A stretch of 64,000 nucleotides of DNA from Thermoanaerobaculia bacterium (GTDB lineage: Bacteria; Acidobacteriota; Thermoanaerobaculia; Multivoradales; Multivoraceae): positions 1,408,001 through 1,472,000 of the forward strand of contig OY761158.1 in assembly GCA_963664405.1 (NCBI GenBank). Reading direction: 5' to 3'. A program made the position numbers and the translations under genes. Numbering within the stretch: the stretch's first letter is position 1; the number at the start of each line of letters is the position of its first letter. Shown here in pieces: positions 60,692 to 64,000 of the stretch. Below the pieces are notes generated by a model that saw nothing but the letters and a program-made list of their open reading frames with translations, was not told the DNA's origin and did no database searches.

Positions 60692-60898
60692 CCTCCCTGG
60701 CAAGGGCACTCCGCGCAGGCGGTCATGGTCGGAGACTCCCTATTCGACCTTGTCGCGGGTCGAGAAGCCGGCGTTGCCACCGTCTTGGTAGGAGACGGGC
60801 CGACCTCCTGGACCGATCTGGCCGACCTACAAGTTGCAGGGCTCGAAGATCTTCTCCCCCACCTAGTGGACCGTAACACTCGAACGTTTAGTGGCTGA
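60692..60898 (+). pseudogene. C-terminal remnant of a HAD-family hydrolase
   Basis: WQGHSAQAVMVGDSLFDLVAGREAGVATVLV (HAD motif IV) with no N-terminal domain; ends inside repeat B. Confidence 0.55.
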
Positions 60899-61030
60899 GT
60901 GAGTCATTCGTGGTCGAGATCAAGGCGCGCTGACGCAGGCATAGCGGGGACTATGTCGAGGAAGCGTAACGCAGAGATCGGCCGCGAGGGCCGCTCAGGC
61001 TCTAAACGTTTGGGTGTTACGGTCCACTGG
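60863..61030 (-). repeat. Palindromic repeat family B, copy 2
   Basis: Reverse complement of 53126-53292 with few differences. Confidence 0.85.
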
Positions 61031-61059
61031 GTGAGCCCGAATAGGTACAATCGCGCACC

Positions 61060-61632
61060 ATGGCAAGCGAAGGCCCGGCCCGCATCGGCATCCTGACCGT
61101 CTCTGACCGGGCCAGCCGCGGAGTCTACGAGGACCGGGGGGGGCCGGCGATCGGCGAATACCTGGACGAGGTGCTCTCCTCTCGATGGGAGGCGGTGGCC
61201 AAAGTCGTACCGGACGAGCGCCCGGGCCTCGACGAAGCGATCGCGGAGCTGTGCGACGAAGAGAGCTGCTGCCTGGTCATCACCACTGGCGGCACCGGGC
61301 CGGCGGCACGAGACCTGACTCCCGAAGCCACCGCGGCGGTCAGCGAAAAGATGATGCCGGGCTTCGGTGAGTTGATGCGCAAGGTGTCGCTGGAGAAAGT
61401 GCCAACGGCCATCCTTTCCCGCCAAACCGCGGGCATTCGCGGGAGCTCCTTGATCGTCAATCTACCTGGACAACCGAAAGCGATCAGAGAGTGCCTGGAC
61501 GCGGTGTTCCCGGCGATCCCCTACTGCATCGACCTCATCGGCGGTCCTTTTATCGAAACCGACGAAAGTCGAATCATCGCCTTTCGCCCCAAGAAAAAGA
61601 ATGCCGACCAAGCGAGCGAGCTTCCCAAATGA
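61060..61632 (+). CDS. mog: Molybdopterin adenylyltransferase
   Basis: TVSDRAS, TTGGTGPAARDLTPEAT, PTAILSR and NLPGQPKAI. Confidence 0.92.
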   Translation: MASEGPARIGILTVSDRASRGVYEDRGGPAIGEYLDEVLSSRWEAVAKVVPDERPGLDEAIAELCDEESCCLVITTGGTGPAARDLTPEATAAVSEKMMPGFGELMRKVSLEKVPTAILSRQTAGIRGSSLIVNLPGQPKAIRECLDAVFPAIPYCIDLIGGPFIETDESRIIAFRPKKKNADQASELPK

Positions 61633-61970
61633 GCGCCGGCGATCCGTACCTGACCGAAGTCAAGAAGTTGCCGGAGGAAGGGGCGCTACTCTTGACCTGG
61701 AGCGACGGCTTCCAGGCCAAGCCCTCCTACGACTATCTCTGCGGCTACTGCCCCTGTGCCGGGTGCCAGGGCTACGGTGGCACTATCGAGTATCACCAGC
61801 CGAAGCAGCCAATGGAGCCCGAGGACATCCGCCCCGTAGGAAACTACGCAATTCACATCGACTGGAAGGCCGGCTGCAAGGACGGAATCTACAGCTTCGG
61901 CTTCCTGCGCAAGCTCTGCTCGGTAGACGCGAGCAAGACCCCGACTCTCGACAAAGACGAGATCAAGTAG
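61629..61970 (+). CDS. DUF971 / GBBH-like N-terminal domain protein
   Basis: WSDG, CPCAGC, PVGNYAI and GIYSF. Confidence 0.85.
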   Translation: MSAGDPYLTEVKKLPEEGALLLTWSDGFQAKPSYDYLCGYCPCAGCQGYGGTIEYHQPKQPMEPEDIRPVGNYAIHIDWKAGCKDGIYSFGFLRKLCSVDASKTPTLDKDEIK

Positions 61971-62601
61971 TCGGCAAGGCGTCGCGCTCGTAGCCGGGGG
62001 TCACGTTCCCCAACTCGTCCGCTTCGAGGAGCGCGTGGAAGGGGTAGCCGCGCTCACGAATGCGCTCGGCACCTCCCGCTTGACGATCGAGGACCGCCGC
62101 AACCACAGCGATCTCACAGCCTGCCTCTTCGATCGCATCGAGGGCGCGAAGCACCGAGCCGGCGCTGGTGACGACGTCGTCCACCAAGGCGACACGACGA
62201 CCCGGCGTCAGAAGATCGCCATCCGGATGCCAGGAGACATCGATCTTCTGGCCTCTCCCGTGATCCTTCTGTTCCGAGCGCACGCAGAAGCCGTAGATCG
62301 GTCTCGACGAGCGCTCGCTGGCGATCGCCACGGCGGTAGCAAGGTAGGAGGCCCCCATCGCCAGGCCCCCGACAGCTTCGACCCCGAAGGGCTCCAGCAG
62401 GTCGCAGAGAGCTTCACCGACGAGCTTTGCACCTCGCGGCGAAAGTACGGTCAGTTTGGTATCGCAGTAGTAATGGGTCTCGGCGCCGGACACGAGAGTG
62501 AACTTACCGAAACGAATGCTCCTCTCAGTCAGCAGGGCGGCCAGCTCGTCGAGGCTCGCCGAAGCGACTTCTCCTCCGTCTCCCGACTCAGGGGCGGTCA
62601 T
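61963..62601 (-). CDS. pyrE: Orotate phosphoribosyltransferase
   Basis: FGKFTLVSG, KDHG and VDDVVTSAGS (PRPP motif). Confidence 0.88.
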   Translation of the reverse strand: MTAPESGDGGEVASASLDELAALLTERSIRFGKFTLVSGAETHYYCDTKLTVLSPRGAKLVGEALCDLLEPFGVEAVGGLAMGASYLATAVAIASERSSRPIYGFCVRSEQKDHGRGQKIDVSWHPDGDLLTPGRRVALVDDVVTSAGSVLRALDAIEEAGCEIAVVAAVLDRQAGGAERIRERGYPFHALLEADELGNVTPGYERDALPTT

Positions 62602-63434
62602 CCCTCCTCCGCTTCATTCTCGACTCGCGGCTCGATATAGGCATAGGCGTTATGAGCGTGGATCGACTCGAAGTTCTCCACTTCCACGGAGAACCACTTG
62701 ATGCGCGGGTCCTTGCGAAGAAGAATCGTGACTTCGCGGCTCAGGTCCTCGACGAAGCGCGGATTGTCGTAGGCCTTTTCGGTCACGAATTTCTCGTCTT
62801 GGCGTTTGAGCACGGGATAGAGGTCGCAACTGGCGGATGCTTCGATCCACTCGATCAGCTCCTCGATCCAGAGCTCGCCCTCGAAGCGGGCCTTGACTCG
62901 CACCAGACTCCGTTGATTGTGCGCCCCGCGGGCACTGATCTCTTTCGAGCAGGGGCAGAGGGTCGTCACCGGCACGTCCACCTGTACTACGAAGTCATTC
63001 ACGTTGCCGGCACAGGCGTCGAAACCGCAGACATAGGGCATGACCCCACGAGCGCCGGTGACCGGGGCTGACTTCTCGATGAAGTAGGGAAAGGTCACGT
63101 GAAAGTGGGCTGTCTCCGCCTCCAGGCGGGTGCGCATCGCCTCCAGAAGGGCGGGAATCTCGTCCACTCCGATGGCGCCATCGTGGGCATTCAGCACCTC
63201 GAGGAAGCGACTCATATGAGTCCCTTTGAAGTGCCCGGGGAGATCGACATACATATTGATCGTGCCCACGGTCGACTGGGTTCCCTTGCCGCGGTCCCGA
63301 ACCACGATGGGGTACTCGATGTTCTTCACTCCGACCTTGTCGATCTTGATCTCGCGCCGGTCGGCAGAGCCCTGCACGTCGGCAAGCTCGGAAGTGTTGA
63401 TTGCCTTGCGTACTTCGTCGATCACAGTGGTCAT
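62598..63434 (-). CDS. folE2: GTP cyclohydrolase IB
   Basis: KGTHMSRF, TTLCPCSKEIS, GAHNQRS, NPRFVED and ESIHAHNAYA. Confidence 0.93.
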   Translation of the reverse strand: MTTVIDEVRKAINTSELADVQGSADRREIKIDKVGVKNIEYPIVVRDRGKGTQSTVGTINMYVDLPGHFKGTHMSRFLEVLNAHDGAIGVDEIPALLEAMRTRLEAETAHFHVTFPYFIEKSAPVTGARGVMPYVCGFDACAGNVNDFVVQVDVPVTTLCPCSKEISARGAHNQRSLVRVKARFEGELWIEELIEWIEASASCDLYPVLKRQDEKFVTEKAYDNPRFVEDLSREVTILLRKDPRIKWFSVEVENFESIHAHNAYAYIEPRVENEAEEG

Positions 63435-63470
63435 AGCAAGTTCTCCAAAAGAAAACGATATCGCAGAAAC

Positions 63471-63872
63471 CTAAGGCGTGTCCCGAGATGCCATACGCCG
63501 AGACTCGATCACTTTCATCTTGCGCTCCACCTCGCTGGCGAGGTCGACGCCCCTCGTGTTCGCATAGTTGAGGATAGCGATCACGACATCCGCGGCTTCA
63601 TCTTCGAAAGCCGCAGCATCCTGTTGCTGCCCCCGCCAAGCCTTCTTCTCGAGATTCGCAAGCTCGCCGGCTTCGCCACAGAGCTCGAGCGCAAAAAAGC
63701 TGGTGGAGCGCTGAGGAAAAGCAGCCTCCTGATAGCGATCGAACTCCTTCTGCAGGGAACGCAGTCCCTCATAAGAGGAAGGAAGCATGGCAGGACTCAG
63801 GTCGGACATGGTCTTCTCCACATCGAGTTGGATCACGCCTGGCGGGCACTCACACCGCGAGCTCTGCACCAT
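63471..63872 (-). CDS. MazG-like nucleotide pyrophosphohydrolase
   Basis: ELCGEAGELANLEKK...EDEAADV (ExxE..ExxD); start is 63872 (strong SD) or 63809. Confidence 0.75.
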   Translation of the reverse strand: MVQSSRCECPPGVIQLDVEKTMSDLSPAMLPSSYEGLRSLQKEFDRYQEAAFPQRSTSFFALELCGEAGELANLEKKAWRGQQQDAAAFEDEAADVVIAILNYANTRGVDLASEVERKMKVIESRRMASRDTP

Positions 63873-64000
63873 AGGAGATTCCCCTCCTCGGGGCAACTCG
63901 ACCCCTTCGGGTTGGGTTCTCGTAGCTGGGGCCTCCGGGCTGGGGCCTCGCTCCGAAGAGCCGGCTGCCGGGGCGCGAGGCGTTCCCTGCTCGCTCGGCT

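Noticed and set aside
63880-63920. UUCG/GAAG-capped hairpin upstream of mazG-folE2 as a riboswitch
   Set aside because: No recognisable aptamer consensus, and the region is truncated by the window end

Overview
High-GC bacterial chromosomal segment. The gene repertoire (Ser/Thr kinase with TolB-like repeats, sulfatase, PHP-type lipoprotein hydrolases) suggests an Acidobacteriota-like environmental organism, but this is inference only. It is mostly housekeeping and metabolic genes: acyl-CoA dehydrogenases, a TPP enzyme, acetoacetate-CoA ligase, PPK2, CopA, a Lon-like protease, rpmB, mog, pyrE and folE2. Highlights: (1) a small accessory island at ~9.7-12.5 kb with a Phd-VapC toxin-antitoxin pair followed by a retron-type reverse transcriptase fused to a trypsin-like serine protease, preceded by a foldable msr/msd-like ncRNA and split by one extra A in an A6 run; (2) five copies of two related ~165-bp CTAG-bounded palindromic repeats whose ends differ but whose central structure covaries, and which sit at gene starts and ends (one between a Shine-Dalgarno and its ATG); (3) a selenoprotein redoxin (in-frame TGA plus SECIS-like hairpin) missed by the ORF track; (4) a complete IS3-family element with a 3-bp target duplication; (5) a multi-hairpin candidate sRNA and an inverted pair of 7-8-nt degenerate repeat tracts. 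Several single-base frameshifts suggest assembly indel errors are possible.
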